From NCBI GenBank assembly GCA_965262855.1, contig OZ253563.1:2467011-2531010 (forward strand): a DNA stretch of 64,000 nt, written 5' to 3'. Positions 21,328 to 30,751 of this stretch are shown piece by piece (the first letter of the stretch is position 1; each line of letters begins with the position of its first letter). Origin of the DNA: Arenicellales bacterium. Lineage in GTDB: Bacteria > Pseudomonadota > Gammaproteobacteria > Arenicellales > JAJDZL01. A program made the translations under genes and the position numbers. The notes beneath the pieces are model-generated. The model was not told where the DNA came from and searched no databases. It saw nothing but the letters and a program-made list of their open reading frames with translations.

Positions 21328-22512
21328 TTAACTTCCCTGTTTTCTCTTATATTCTTTCCAGGCTGCAACGGCCACTTCAGCGACCTCTTGCAAGGTATCC
21401 GCCATAAGGATTGGCAGTCCACTTTCCTTCAATAGTTGTCTTCCCAGTTCAACGTTCGTTCCCGCAAGTCTTACCACTAATGGAATTTGCAATTCAATCT
21501 TGCTAACAGCTTGGATAATTCCCTCTGCTACCCAGTCGCAGCGGTTAATGCCGGCGAAAATGTTCACCACGATGGTCTCGACTTTTTCGTCAGACAATAC
21601 CAGATTGAACGCCTTGGCAACCCGGTCTGGAGATGCGCCGCCACCAATGTCTAGAAAATTTGCAGGTTCTCCACCAGCATGTTTGATGATGTCCATAGTT
21701 GCCATTGCCAGCCCAGCGCCATTGATAATGCATCCGATGTTGCCGTCAAGTCCGACATAGTTCAGTCCTCGATCGGCAGCTCTCATCTCGCGCAAATCTT
21801 CCTGCGACTTATCGCGCAACTCAGAGATGTTCGGTCGACGAAAAAGTGCGTTATCATCAAAACTCATCTTGGCATCCAGCGCCATCAACCCGCCGCTGCT
21901 GGTAACGGCCAAAGGATTGATTTCCACCATCGTTGCATCCAGGTCTATCAAAGCGTTGTAACAGCCCAGCAGAATGGTAACCATTTGGCTGACGAGAGGT
22001 TTGCTAATCTTCAATTGGAACGCAATTTCGCGTGCTTGAAACGGTTGCATTCCCACTGCCGGTTCAACGGTAGTTCGGACAATTGAATCGGGTTGGGATT
22101 GAGCAATATCCTCGATTTCAACACCGCCTTGAGAGGAAGCGATTACTCCAATCTGCTCCTTCTCTCTGTCCAGCACGAATCCAATGTAATATTCGTTTGC
22201 AATTTCAATAGCTTCTTCAACGTACAACCGGTGAACAAGCTTCCCCTGACTACCGGTCTGATGGGTAATCAGTCTTTTACCCAGTAAATTGTCAGCAGCA
22301 TTGCTTATGTCTTCATTACTGCTGCAAATTACTATTCCACCAGCTTTGCCGCGTGCTCCGGAATGAATTTGAGCCTTGACCAGCCATTGTTCACCGCCCA
22401 TCTCATTGGCTCGATAAACGGCTTGTTCAGGGCTATATGCCAGGCCGCCACGAGGAGTCGGAATACCAAACTCCGACAGAATTTCCTTCGCCTGATACTC
22501 GTGAATATCCAT
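21328..22512 (-). CDS. mtkA: Malate-CoA ligase (or succinyl-CoA ligase) beta-type ATP-grasp subunit
   Basis: [12 protein letters not shown] start (ATG 22512). It carries [15 protein letters not shown] where E. coli SucC, as I recall, has [24 protein letters not shown] is also present. Confidence 0.75.
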   Translation of the reverse strand: MDIHEYQAKEILSEFGIPTPRGGLAYSPEQAVYRANEMGGEQWLVKAQIHSGARGKAGGIVICSSNEDISNAADNLLGKRLITHQTGSQGKLVHRLYVEEAIEIANEYYIGFVLDREKEQIGVIASSQGGVEIEDIAQSQPDSIVRTTVEPAVGMQPFQAREIAFQLKISKPLVSQMVTILLGCYNALIDLDATMVEINPLAVTSSGGLMALDAKMSFDDNALFRRPNISELRDKSQEDLREMRAADRGLNYVGLDGNIGCIINGAGLAMATMDIIKHAGGEPANFLDIGGGASPDRVAKAFNLVLSDEKVETIVVNIFAGINRCDWVAEGIIQAVSKIELQIPLVVRLAGTNVELGRQLLKESGLPILMADTLQEVAEVAVAAWKEYKRKQGS

Positions 22513-22681
22513 GTTCTGAAAAACTTCCCTATTTTGAATTAATGAAAAATCTGCTGTCCATTGGTGCTGCAGATTTGAAAGGCGGAGACCAATTGATCGG
22601 AGAACGACAAACGAACTTGTGGCTCGCAACGTACTACGAATTTTTGGAATGCTAAAATCGCGTCAATCACAAGCAGTAAAT

Positions 22682-23641
22682 TTACTCATTCCCTGATTTT
22701 TCCGAAATCAAATTTGCTTGAGTGACGACATTTCTCGCCATTTTCTCAGATGCGGCATCGATCATTTTTCCGTCGAGTTGTGCAGCGCCTTTTCCGAGTG
22801 CTGCGGCCGCTTCTAGCGCTTCCAGAACGCGACGTGCCCGCATCACTTCGGCCTCTTGCGGCGACATGATTTCATTGGCTAGTTTGATTTGGCTTGGATG
22901 AATTGCCCACTTTCCCTCATATCCTAAAACAGCAGCGCGCTTTGCTGCTTCGGAATAGCCATCCGGATCGTTAAAGTCTCCAAATGGTCCGTCAATTGCT
23001 CGAAGCCCATAAGCTCGGCAGGCGATCACCACATTGACCAACGCTGCATGCCACTGGTCGCCGATAGATCCGTCACACTGATAGTCAGGATTCGTACCGC
23101 CGATGTTTACCGTCCGCGCTCTCATGCTAGCCGCATAGTCCGCAACTCCAAAATGCAATGCCTCCAGTCGTTTACTAGATTGAGCAATTTCCATTACGTT
23201 GGCGCCTCCGAGTGCAGTCTCGATGAGACACTCAATGCCGATCTTTTTGTTCAGGGCTTTCGCACTCTCGATTTGCGACAGCATGCAATCGACCATATAC
23301 ACGTCGGAAGGATGTCCAACCTTGGGAATCAGTACCGTGTCAAGATTGTTTCCGGCTTGTTCAACGATTTCCACCACGTCCCGATACATGTATTGTGTAT
23401 CTAGTCCGTTGATTCTCACAGAGATGGTTTTTCCACTCCAATCAATATCATTCAATGCTTCAATGATATTTTTACGAGCGGCGACTTTGTCGTCCGGGAT
23501 TACCGCGTCTTCGCAGTCCAGGAAAACAAAATCGGCATCGGAGTTTGCTGCTTTGTCGAATAGCTCAGGGCTTGACCCTGGAACCGCCAGTTCGCTTCGT
23601 TGCAATCGCACCAGTGCTGATGTGTGTTGTGTAAAACTCAT
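22682..23641 (-). CDS. mcl: L-malyl-CoA / beta-methylmalyl-CoA lyase
   Basis: HpcH/CitE fold with RSELAVPGS, FLDCEDAV, RINGLDT, LIETA, FGVADYAAS, GPFGDFNDPDGY and GKWAIHPSQI. By recall it is colinear with methylotroph MclA. Confidence 0.88.
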   Translation of the reverse strand: MSFTQHTSALVRLQRSELAVPGSSPELFDKAANSDADFVFLDCEDAVIPDDKVAARKNIIEALNDIDWSGKTISVRINGLDTQYMYRDVVEIVEQAGNNLDTVLIPKVGHPSDVYMVDCMLSQIESAKALNKKIGIECLIETALGGANVMEIAQSSKRLEALHFGVADYAASMRARTVNIGGTNPDYQCDGSIGDQWHAALVNVVIACRAYGLRAIDGPFGDFNDPDGYSEAAKRAAVLGYEGKWAIHPSQIKLANEIMSPQEAEVMRARRVLEALEAAAALGKGAAQLDGKMIDAASEKMARNVVTQANLISEKSGNE

Positions 23642-23951
23642 TTGGAAATACGTCGATTCGTAAAAGTTGCCGAAATTGAAAAAAGGCCTTGGTCGATGAC
23701 CATCAATTCTATAGATACAGAATAACAGAGCAAGCGAATTGTATACTCGAAATTCATCAAATCAAGTCAGAATTAACGAAATGAGAAAAATTTTATTCTG
23801 ATCATGGTTGTGGTCAATTCAACAATTCTCAAAACTAAACAGCTGTCGAACAATTGCTCTCTAAACAGTCTCCATAATCCCTGATTGGAATGCTTAATTC
23901 TTTTAGGCAGGGTGTAAACGCTGTAGCCAATATAAATTTCACTTAACCTTG

Positions 23952-23977
23952 GTAGCACCCGGTGTTTTTGGTGCTAC
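23952..23977 (-). terminator. Hairpin just downstream of the TauD-family gene
   Basis: 8-bp stem GTAGCACC / GGTGCTAC with a 10-nt loop, but no clear U-tract. Confidence 0.35.
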
Positions 23978-23980
23978 GCT

Positions 23981-24832
23981 TCAAGCTTTCTGATCGTCAC
24001 TGGAAACTGAATCTCGACCGTCGCGGACAATCGTTACTCTGTGCATTCTCCGATATTGGGGGAAATAATCTGCCACGGCATAGTGTTGCGTAACCCGATT
24101 ATCCCAAATTGCTACGTCACCTTTCCGCCACCGATGGCGTACCTGGAACTCCGGCTGATCAATGTGATCATGAAGATAGTGTAGCAGCCGATCGCTTTCG
24201 CGCGCTGTAAAGCCAACGATATGCCGGGTGAATGACGCATTGACATAAAGACACGCTTTCCCCGTCATGGGATGAATTTTGACTATTGGATGAACAGCAG
24301 ATCCGACCGTGCTCATTGCTACATTCAAGGCGGCGATGTCATGCTCCACACCGAGGAATCCGTTTTTAAACGAGCCAGGGTCGTGGATCGCTTCAAGTTC
24401 TTCGATCAGGGTTTTCATGGCAGAGGGCAAAACATCATATGCGGCGTACATGCTCGCCCAAAGAGTATCTCCGCCATTTGGCGGAATCTCACAAGCGTGC
24501 AGAATTGAAGCAAATGGTGGATTCGGATAAAACGTCAAGTCTGAGTGCCATTCATCCGTACCCGGCACACTATTGGCATCGCTTTCCAACAATGTCACCT
24601 GTGGGTAGCCGTCTACATGACGATACACCGCATGGGGTTTGTCGATGGGGCCGAAAGTTTTCGCGAATTCCAGTTGTTCGGTGGCGGATAGATTCTGGTC
24701 TGGAAAGAAAATCACCAAATGATCCAGCAGAGCCCGATAGATTTCGTCCAGAGTCGCTTGGTCCAGTTTTGAGGATAGATCAATGCCGGTAATCTGAGCG
24801 CCGATGGCAGGGGTTAACTGTTCTATCTGCAT
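23981..24832 (-). CDS. TauD/TfdA family Fe(II)/2-oxoglutarate dioxygenase
   Basis: GAQITGIDLS, DEWHSDLTF (His-x-Asp), GGDTLWASM and IWDNRVTQH motifs; 283 aa. Confidence 0.85.
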   Translation of the reverse strand: MQIEQLTPAIGAQITGIDLSSKLDQATLDEIYRALLDHLVIFFPDQNLSATEQLEFAKTFGPIDKPHAVYRHVDGYPQVTLLESDANSVPGTDEWHSDLTFYPNPPFASILHACEIPPNGGDTLWASMYAAYDVLPSAMKTLIEELEAIHDPGSFKNGFLGVEHDIAALNVAMSTVGSAVHPIVKIHPMTGKACLYVNASFTRHIVGFTARESDRLLHYLHDHIDQPEFQVRHRWRKGDVAIWDNRVTQHYAVADYFPQYRRMHRVTIVRDGRDSVSSDDQKA

Positions 24833-24978
24833 TGATTGTCTCCAATTTCACTGCAGTGCACTTCAAAGTTTCCAATTGTCGGATATCTCATACTGAACTC
24901 ACTTGGCAAATCTAGGATTTGTATAAGTGGGTGGAAGCGAAGTGATTGCAACTTCCGCAATTGAATCGACTTGCAATT

Positions 24979-25308
24979 TCAAAGAGCAAATCGTTTTTTC
25001 ACATATTTTTCGACTGCATTACGCTCTCTGATGGACAGGGCCTTGCCGATGCTGCCGTCTCGTTTCAATTCTTTTTTTATTTCATCCCAAACAGCTACCA
25101 CAGTTTCTGTTTCCAGCACCAAACCGGCAAATGCACAGGAGTCACAAACGACTTTTTCGTGAAAAACTTCTTTTCCAAGATGATAGGCTTCCGCAGCGAC
25201 AGAGGCACTGCTTCCGCTGCCAATCACATAACTGGATGTAAATGCAAACACACAAAAAAGCACGCCACCGTTCACGGTTCTTCTTATTTTGAATTTTCTA
25301 GTTAGCAT
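24979..25308 (-). CDS. Small exported protein with cytochrome-c-like CxxC lacking the His ligand
   Basis: ATG 25308 gives MLTRKFKIRRTVNGGVLFCVFAF... (signal-like). The motif GKEVFHEKVVCDSCAF resembles a heme-binding context but reads CDSCA, not CxxCH. Confidence 0.45.
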   Translation of the reverse strand: MLTRKFKIRRTVNGGVLFCVFAFTSSYVIGSGSSASVAAEAYHLGKEVFHEKVVCDSCAFAGLVLETETVVAVWDEIKKELKRDGSIGKALSIRERNAVEKYVKKRFAL

Positions 25309-25541
25309 TGTCAGTTCTTGGTCAGACGTTGAAAACATAGTTCTTATACTTTATTCCGTACAAGTTCGCATTGATTGCAGTCTTCGTCAATTCTGGCAAA
25401 TATCATCGGCTGTTGTGCAACTTAACACCAACGCCCGTATCCGAGAAAAGCTGTAGCCGAACCGACTGGGGCTCGGCATTGAAGTCGAGTGATGTGCGCA
25501 AACAGCAAAGTCGTATTGTCGGGCAATCTACACAGCATTGA

Positions 25542-26100
25542 ACAAGAAATAAACTTGACCGCATCTATGTGATTCGTACCAGCATGGACACTGATTCCCT
25601 CGATTCGATACAAGCTGTCGAAACCTACAAGAGCCTGTCGCATGTGGAAAGTTTGTTCCGTTCGATCAAAGATCAGTCAGATCAACGTCAGACCGGTGCT
25701 CGATTACAGTGCCAAGCGGTTGCGCGGCTATGTATTTCTGTGCATGCTTGCCTACTATGTTGAGTAGCATCTGCGACGCCAATTGGCGCCAATGCAGTTT
25801 ATGGATGACAATCCTGACAATGCTGGCGGCAAGCGCACCACTCCGGTACAGAAAGCACAAGTCTCAGATTGTGCCAGAGACAAAGCCGACACTCTGAAAA
25901 CAACCGAAGGCTTTGCAGTTCACAGTTTACAGACTCTGCTTGAAGATCTGGCCACGGTCACACTCAATTCCATGTCGTTGCCGGAGCATCCCGATCAGCG
26001 TTTTACCGACATTGCAGATTCAACTCATCTGTAGAAGAAGGTATTTGAGCTGATGAACATTGATCCAATCAACTATGCTCCCAGTAAATTGACACGTTGA
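25542..26100 (+). pseudogene. C-terminal remnant of an IS4/IS1634-type DDE transposase
   Basis: The reading frame gives LDRIYVIRTSMD...AVETYKSLSHVESLFRSIK. It then shifts to INVRPVLDYSAKRLRGYVFLCMLAYYVE(TAG)HLRRQLAP...FAVHSLQTLLEDLATV...STHL(TAG)KKVFELMNIDP. That is at least 1 frameshift and 2 in-frame TAG codons, and the N-terminal two thirds are absent. Confidence 0.6.
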
Positions 26101-26310
26101 TCTCATCTATTATGCTGTTTTTACTATCGATTCGTCCATTTGACATGGTGAAGTTCGGACTAGAAACGCAAACTGAGGGTTTGTGGAAATCACAAACCAG
26201 TTTTGGAGATCGTTCCAGTCGATATAAGCAGCAAATCAGCGATTGAAATTGATTTGAGCACAGTGGATTAGAATATTTGGCGAACACCACATTTTGATTT
26301 ATGCTCTGAA

Positions 26311-27864
26311 TTAGTTTTTTCCGATTGCGTAAAATCCATCAAAAGCTTCTTGGACAATTCTTTCCAATGACTCAACCTCTTCATTCGTGAGAGCATTGAA
26401 TTTCTTGTTCCTTTTTCTTTTCGAAAGGGTTCCGTTATTTTGGCGAATGAACAAAATCAGATCTTGGGCTAATCGATTGGGCATATCTATAAACTCCGTG
26501 ATTCTGTTCATGGCTTCGTCATGTCGGCGTAGATAGTCAATCTCTTTAGGTAAATCGTGCTCAATAGCTCGTTTCACACAGGTGTAAAGAAATTCCGCTT
26601 CTGCAGTGCAGTCAAAATATCGATAAAGGTCGGCTGTATCGTTCAGCACCTCAACGTTTTGTTCGGATGTTGAATGCCATTCGATGTATTCCATCAATGG
26701 CCGGGAGTGGTTTTGCAATGTTCTGCGGTAGTCGTTAATATGATCCAGCACAACCGTAGAAACTGGAAATACCATACCAGTAGGCGTAAATTCTCGCTCC
26801 GCCAGCACATGATGAATCACACAACGGTGCATGCGGCCGTTACCGTCTTGAAAAGGGTGAATATAAACCAGACCAAAAGCGGTCGCCGCCGCCTGCAACA
26901 CCGGGTCAACTTTATTTTCCCGCATTCGTGTATTGGCGCTTAGTAGGCCTGTTAACAGATCAACTATATCCGTTTGTCGTGCGCCAATAAATTCTGGCAA
27001 CGGGTTGCCGCTATGATCCCGATCGCCGAGGAATACACCATCAGGGCGCAGTCCCGGGAACACAAATCGTGAATCATTGAACAGAATGCCGTGAAGACGA
27101 ATTATTTCGTCAATTGAAAGTGTGTTCATCCCCGCCTGGAGAACAGCATTTCCCCAACGCTCAAGACGGTTGCTTAGTGCTCTTTCACCTTCAATCTCAA
27201 AGCTAGACTGACTGTCGGCCAACAGCAGAAAACTTGCGGCTCGAGTAACTAGATGCTTGCTTGTTCGGTCGATAGTATCGGCTGCGCGCTCTGCCAACCC
27301 CAGTTTGGTATACGCTTCAAGCTGTTTCGTTCTACGAATGATCGGGCACCAGTCGCTATTGCCAAGCAGGTTATCCCTAACTCTATGACGTCTTGAGATT
27401 TTTCCTTTACCGGTGAAATAGGATTTTGCGTCAAGTGCATTAACAGTGGGCATGTTGGTAGCGTCTTCAATGTCAAGCGTTCGCTGAGTCAACATTTCAT
27501 AAAAAAACCAGGTTCGCCGTGTCTGCGTCCCCATTGGAATAGATCTGACATAGTTTTCCAGCACATCTTTGGGCACCGCTTCAAAAGCACGCTTCAAAAT
27601 CAGCAGATCAATGCTCTCATGGCGCAGGGCAAAAGTCAGATGATTGACGAATTCATCACCGGGCCAATAGCGTTTATCAAACACATGAAAGCTCCCCACC
27701 TTTCGCCGGCTGCCACCAATATGCTTTTCCGAAACACAGCTTGGTTGTCGGACAGGTGCTTGTAGGCCAAGCGATTGAACAAGTGCAGCAAGACCTGCAA
27801 GTTGTGTTCCAGTTGGAACGACTTCGTTTTGAAAAAATACGGGTGTGTTTAGTTCAGAGTGCAT
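26311..27864 (-). CDS. Fic family protein (class II, N-terminal inhibitory helix)
   Basis: Fic motif HPFQDGNGRMHR, with the upstream inhibitory-type motif SFEIEG (S/TxxxEG/N). ATG 27864 is the preferred start; 517 aa. Confidence 0.9.
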   Translation of the reverse strand: MHSELNTPVFFQNEVVPTGTQLAGLAALVQSLGLQAPVRQPSCVSEKHIGGSRRKVGSFHVFDKRYWPGDEFVNHLTFALRHESIDLLILKRAFEAVPKDVLENYVRSIPMGTQTRRTWFFYEMLTQRTLDIEDATNMPTVNALDAKSYFTGKGKISRRHRVRDNLLGNSDWCPIIRRTKQLEAYTKLGLAERAADTIDRTSKHLVTRAASFLLLADSQSSFEIEGERALSNRLERWGNAVLQAGMNTLSIDEIIRLHGILFNDSRFVFPGLRPDGVFLGDRDHSGNPLPEFIGARQTDIVDLLTGLLSANTRMRENKVDPVLQAAATAFGLVYIHPFQDGNGRMHRCVIHHVLAEREFTPTGMVFPVSTVVLDHINDYRRTLQNHSRPLMEYIEWHSTSEQNVEVLNDTADLYRYFDCTAEAEFLYTCVKRAIEHDLPKEIDYLRRHDEAMNRITEFIDMPNRLAQDLILFIRQNNGTLSKRKRNKKFNALTNEEVESLERIVQEAFDGFYAIGKN

Positions 27865-28243
27865 CACTCGAATTTTAATAATTCTTATCGAAAAGCATTG
27901 TAAAAAAGACGTAGAACGTCGATTATTAATTATCAATGTCGAATTATATTTTATTTATAGTAATATATAGATTTTTATTTATTGTGAAGGTCTTCCAATA
28001 GCACAATTTCTTTGTTATTGCCAGCAAAATTCGCACCTCAAATTTCGAAATTTTTGCTATCGAAGCCAATTCAATTCGAGGCTTTTCGACAGCACTCGCG
28101 ACCGATTACTGCTCGCAATCAGTGTGAAAGAAGCGACTCAACCAGTCCGATGACCTACGGGCGGCTGTCAGAGGTATTCAGCCCTGAATGCATTTTTTGC
28201 GGTTTGAACTACTGGGTTGGGTGAATATTTACACACGCGATGT

Positions 28244-29554
28244 CTATTTCAAGTAGCTATTCAGAAATTGCAGATCGGCTATGTCAAGAGTGCCGGCCAA
28301 TTCTTCAAGCAGCAACACATTCTGTAAATAATCGTAACGGGATTTTTGCAGGTCTCGTTGAACCTGAAACAGGTCTCGTTGGGCGTTCAAAACATCCAGT
28401 GAAGTCTGTGTGCCGACATGGAAACTTTCTTCCGTTGCACTCAATGCAACTTCATTAGCGGTCACTGCCTTTTCCAGTGCTTCAATACGATTAATGAGAC
28501 TGATAATATTCAAATAGGTATTTGTCGTTTGATGTTCTACTACCCGAGTCAAAGCAGTCAGCTTTTCAACTTCAGCTTGCTGCAGATATCTCGCTTGTTT
28601 CTTGCGTTTCATGGAATGCCCGCCAGTGGAAAATGACTTGCCTGCCGTAAGGCCTATTGAAGATTTCTCGTACACATTTTGAGAATCACCGCCATGGTTC
28701 TTCATATTGACTGTAAGGTTGACGAAAAATGAAGTGTCTGAAGCTGTCAGTCCAATCGCTTTGGATGATAATTGGACAACCTCACGCTGAATTGCGATGT
28801 CTAGATTATTCTGAAGCGCAGAGTTTACCCATGCCTCAACTCGAGTTGGTTTCGGGTCGACAAACTCCAAATCTGTATTTAGTTCCTCCAGTTTCTGCGG
28901 TCGTTCACGCGTGATTGCAGTCAGCTCAAGCCAGGCGTTTTCGATGGCGCTGCTGGCCTGAATGACCACTGCATTGGCAAGGCTGGACCGTGCTTCTGCA
29001 TTGCGTACATCCGTTTCATTTCCTAGCCCAACCTCTAGCCGTGATATCGCCTGTTGGAGAAACCTATCAATTGCATTGACTTCACTCTGAGCGAATTTCA
29101 GATTGTCTTCTGCTGCCAGAATTTTAAAGTATGCTTGAACGACTCTTCTGTAGAGATTGCCGTTTGCCTTCTGGTAACGCAGAGCGGCCAAACTTTCCTC
29201 AATTTCAGATTTTTCAAGCCCCAATTTGGTAAGCGAGTTGTAAAGCGGGACTGACAGTGTGGCTTCACTCATACTGGTTTCAGCCGTTGATGAGGAATAA
29301 GAACCGGAAGATGTCGGATCGTCCAATATTGAACTGCGCTTTTCTTTATAGGTTGTTCCTAAAGTGATAGTCGGTAATATGCTCGCAAATGCAATATCTC
29401 TGCTCAGTGCACCAGCTTCTGCGGTTAATTTTTCTGCGGATAACGTCGCATCATTCTCGACCGCCATCTCATAAACTTCGAGGAGGTTTTCAGCAACACA
29501 ATCCGTTGCAGCAATTACGCCCGCCAACAGAACGATGAGTCGTATCAAATGCAT
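28244..29554 (-). CDS. tolC: TolC family outer-membrane efflux protein
   Basis: Signal peptide, LLEVYEMAVENDATL start of the mature protein, and two tandem OEP repeats; 436 aa. Confidence 0.9.
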   Translation of the reverse strand: MHLIRLIVLLAGVIAATDCVAENLLEVYEMAVENDATLSAEKLTAEAGALSRDIAFASILPTITLGTTYKEKRSSILDDPTSSGSYSSSTAETSMSEATLSVPLYNSLTKLGLEKSEIEESLAALRYQKANGNLYRRVVQAYFKILAAEDNLKFAQSEVNAIDRFLQQAISRLEVGLGNETDVRNAEARSSLANAVVIQASSAIENAWLELTAITRERPQKLEELNTDLEFVDPKPTRVEAWVNSALQNNLDIAIQREVVQLSSKAIGLTASDTSFFVNLTVNMKNHGGDSQNVYEKSSIGLTAGKSFSTGGHSMKRKKQARYLQQAEVEKLTALTRVVEHQTTNTYLNIISLINRIEALEKAVTANEVALSATEESFHVGTQTSLDVLNAQRDLFQVQRDLQKSRYDYLQNVLLLEELAGTLDIADLQFLNSYLK

Positions 29555-29572
29555 CGATTTCTAATATTGTGT

Positions 29573-30226
29573 TCAGAATACGAATCGGTCTGGCTGTGGA
29601 ATATTGTCCAGCGGCGGCAGATGTGTTTCAAACAGATAAGTGGTTTTCCATGCGGCTTTGCCACTGCGTTCCACCAGTATTGCACTCATGACAGGCTCCT
29701 CGCCGACTATGGCAACCAGTCTTCCGCCAATAGCAAGCAATTCTCGATAAGCGTCCGTCAGTTCGATAACTGAACCGGATATGAATATGCAATCAAACTC
29801 GATGTCGGACTGCCAGCCAACAGCACCATCACCATGAATCACTTCAACATTGTCAGTATTGTTTTGAAACAGATTTTCCTTTGCAAGCGATACAAACTCG
29901 GGGCGAATCTCTACCGTCATGACATGTTCACCCTGGTGTGCCAGCAGTGCTGCAACATGACCGGTTCCGGTTCCAACCTCAAGAACAATATCATTGCTTT
30001 TCGGTTCAAGCGCTTGCAGCAGACGAGCTTCAACCTTGGGCTGCATCATCACTTGTCCATCGCCAATTGGGACATTCATGTCAGCGAAAGCCATGTGCCG
30101 ATACTCCTGCGGTACAAAATTTTCTCTGGGAACTGTTGTCATGGTTTCCAGAACTTGAGGATTCAGCACATTCCATGGCCGAATCTGCTGTTCCACCATG
30201 TTGAATTTTGCTCTTTCGAGGTCCAT
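29573..30226 (-). CDS. Protein-L-isoaspartate O-methyltransferase-like protein (TolC-linked paralog)
   Basis: VPRENFVP and VLEVGTGTGHVAALLA motifs. It lies immediately upstream of tolC on the same strand. Confidence 0.8.
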   Translation of the reverse strand: MDLERAKFNMVEQQIRPWNVLNPQVLETMTTVPRENFVPQEYRHMAFADMNVPIGDGQVMMQPKVEARLLQALEPKSNDIVLEVGTGTGHVAALLAHQGEHVMTVEIRPEFVSLAKENLFQNNTDNVEVIHGDGAVGWQSDIEFDCIFISGSVIELTDAYRELLAIGGRLVAIVGEEPVMSAILVERSGKAAWKTTYLFETHLPPLDNIPQPDRFVF

Positions 30227-30325
30227 ATTCTGAGGTGTGAGACCTTAGATCCTAGATTTCAAAGCAAAGCAGCGAATCTCATGATTCTCCACATTCAACA
30301 AGCCATCCAATCCGATCCGGACTTT

Positions 30326-30652
30326 TTAGTGAATCCGGTGAGAACGAATCGTGTATTCTCCTCCCAGCAAGTCACCAAATATTTCAGGAATCGCTGGGTG
30401 CTCAACAGGGCCGCCTTCGGCGTCAGGCAAAAGATTCTGCTCCGAAACATACGCAACATAAGTGGTTTTTTCGTTTTCAGCCAACAGATGGTAAAACGGC
30501 TGATCTTTTTTAGGACGAATATCGACTGGAATTGAATCATACCATTCTTCGGTATTATTGAATTCCGGGTCGACGTCAAAAACAACCCCCCGGAAATCGT
30601 AGTGGCGATGGCGCACGATTTGTCCAATCTTGAATTTCGCTGATATCGGCAT
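30326..30652 (-). CDS. hspQ: Heat-shock protein HspQ (hemimethylated-DNA-binding YccV family)
   Basis: AKFKIGQIVRHRHYDFRGVVFDVDPEF and PFYHLLAE motifs; 108 aa. Confidence 0.85.
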   Translation of the reverse strand: MPISAKFKIGQIVRHRHYDFRGVVFDVDPEFNNTEEWYDSIPVDIRPKKDQPFYHLLAENEKTTYVAYVSEQNLLPDAEGGPVEHPAIPEIFGDLLGGEYTIRSHRIH

Positions 30653-30751
30653 GTGATTTTTACCAATTGCTAGATAATACAGCAGATATAAATAGTTTCT
30701 TTATGCACACAAATCAAGTGTAGCACCTATTGAATATTATCTCTACCAGAA

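Noticed and set aside
20438-22512. Annotation of the ligase pair as TCA-cycle succinyl-CoA synthetase sucCD
   Set aside because: The pair is not next to sucAB. It is co-oriented directly behind malyl-CoA lyase, and the beta subunit has an MtkA-like motif. It is therefore kept as mtkAB-like with reduced confidence, and only phylogeny can settle the question.
26069-26290. 73-aa ORF directly downstream of the Fic gene, considered as a possible antitoxin or partner
   Set aside because: It has a GTG start, no RBS and an odd Cys/Ser-rich composition, and it overlaps the tail of the dead transposase remnant. The Fic protein also carries its own inhibitory motif, so no partner is required.
29834-30535. 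233-aa plus-strand ORF
   Set aside because: It lies antisense to the Pcm-like and hspQ genes, both of which have strong family motifs.
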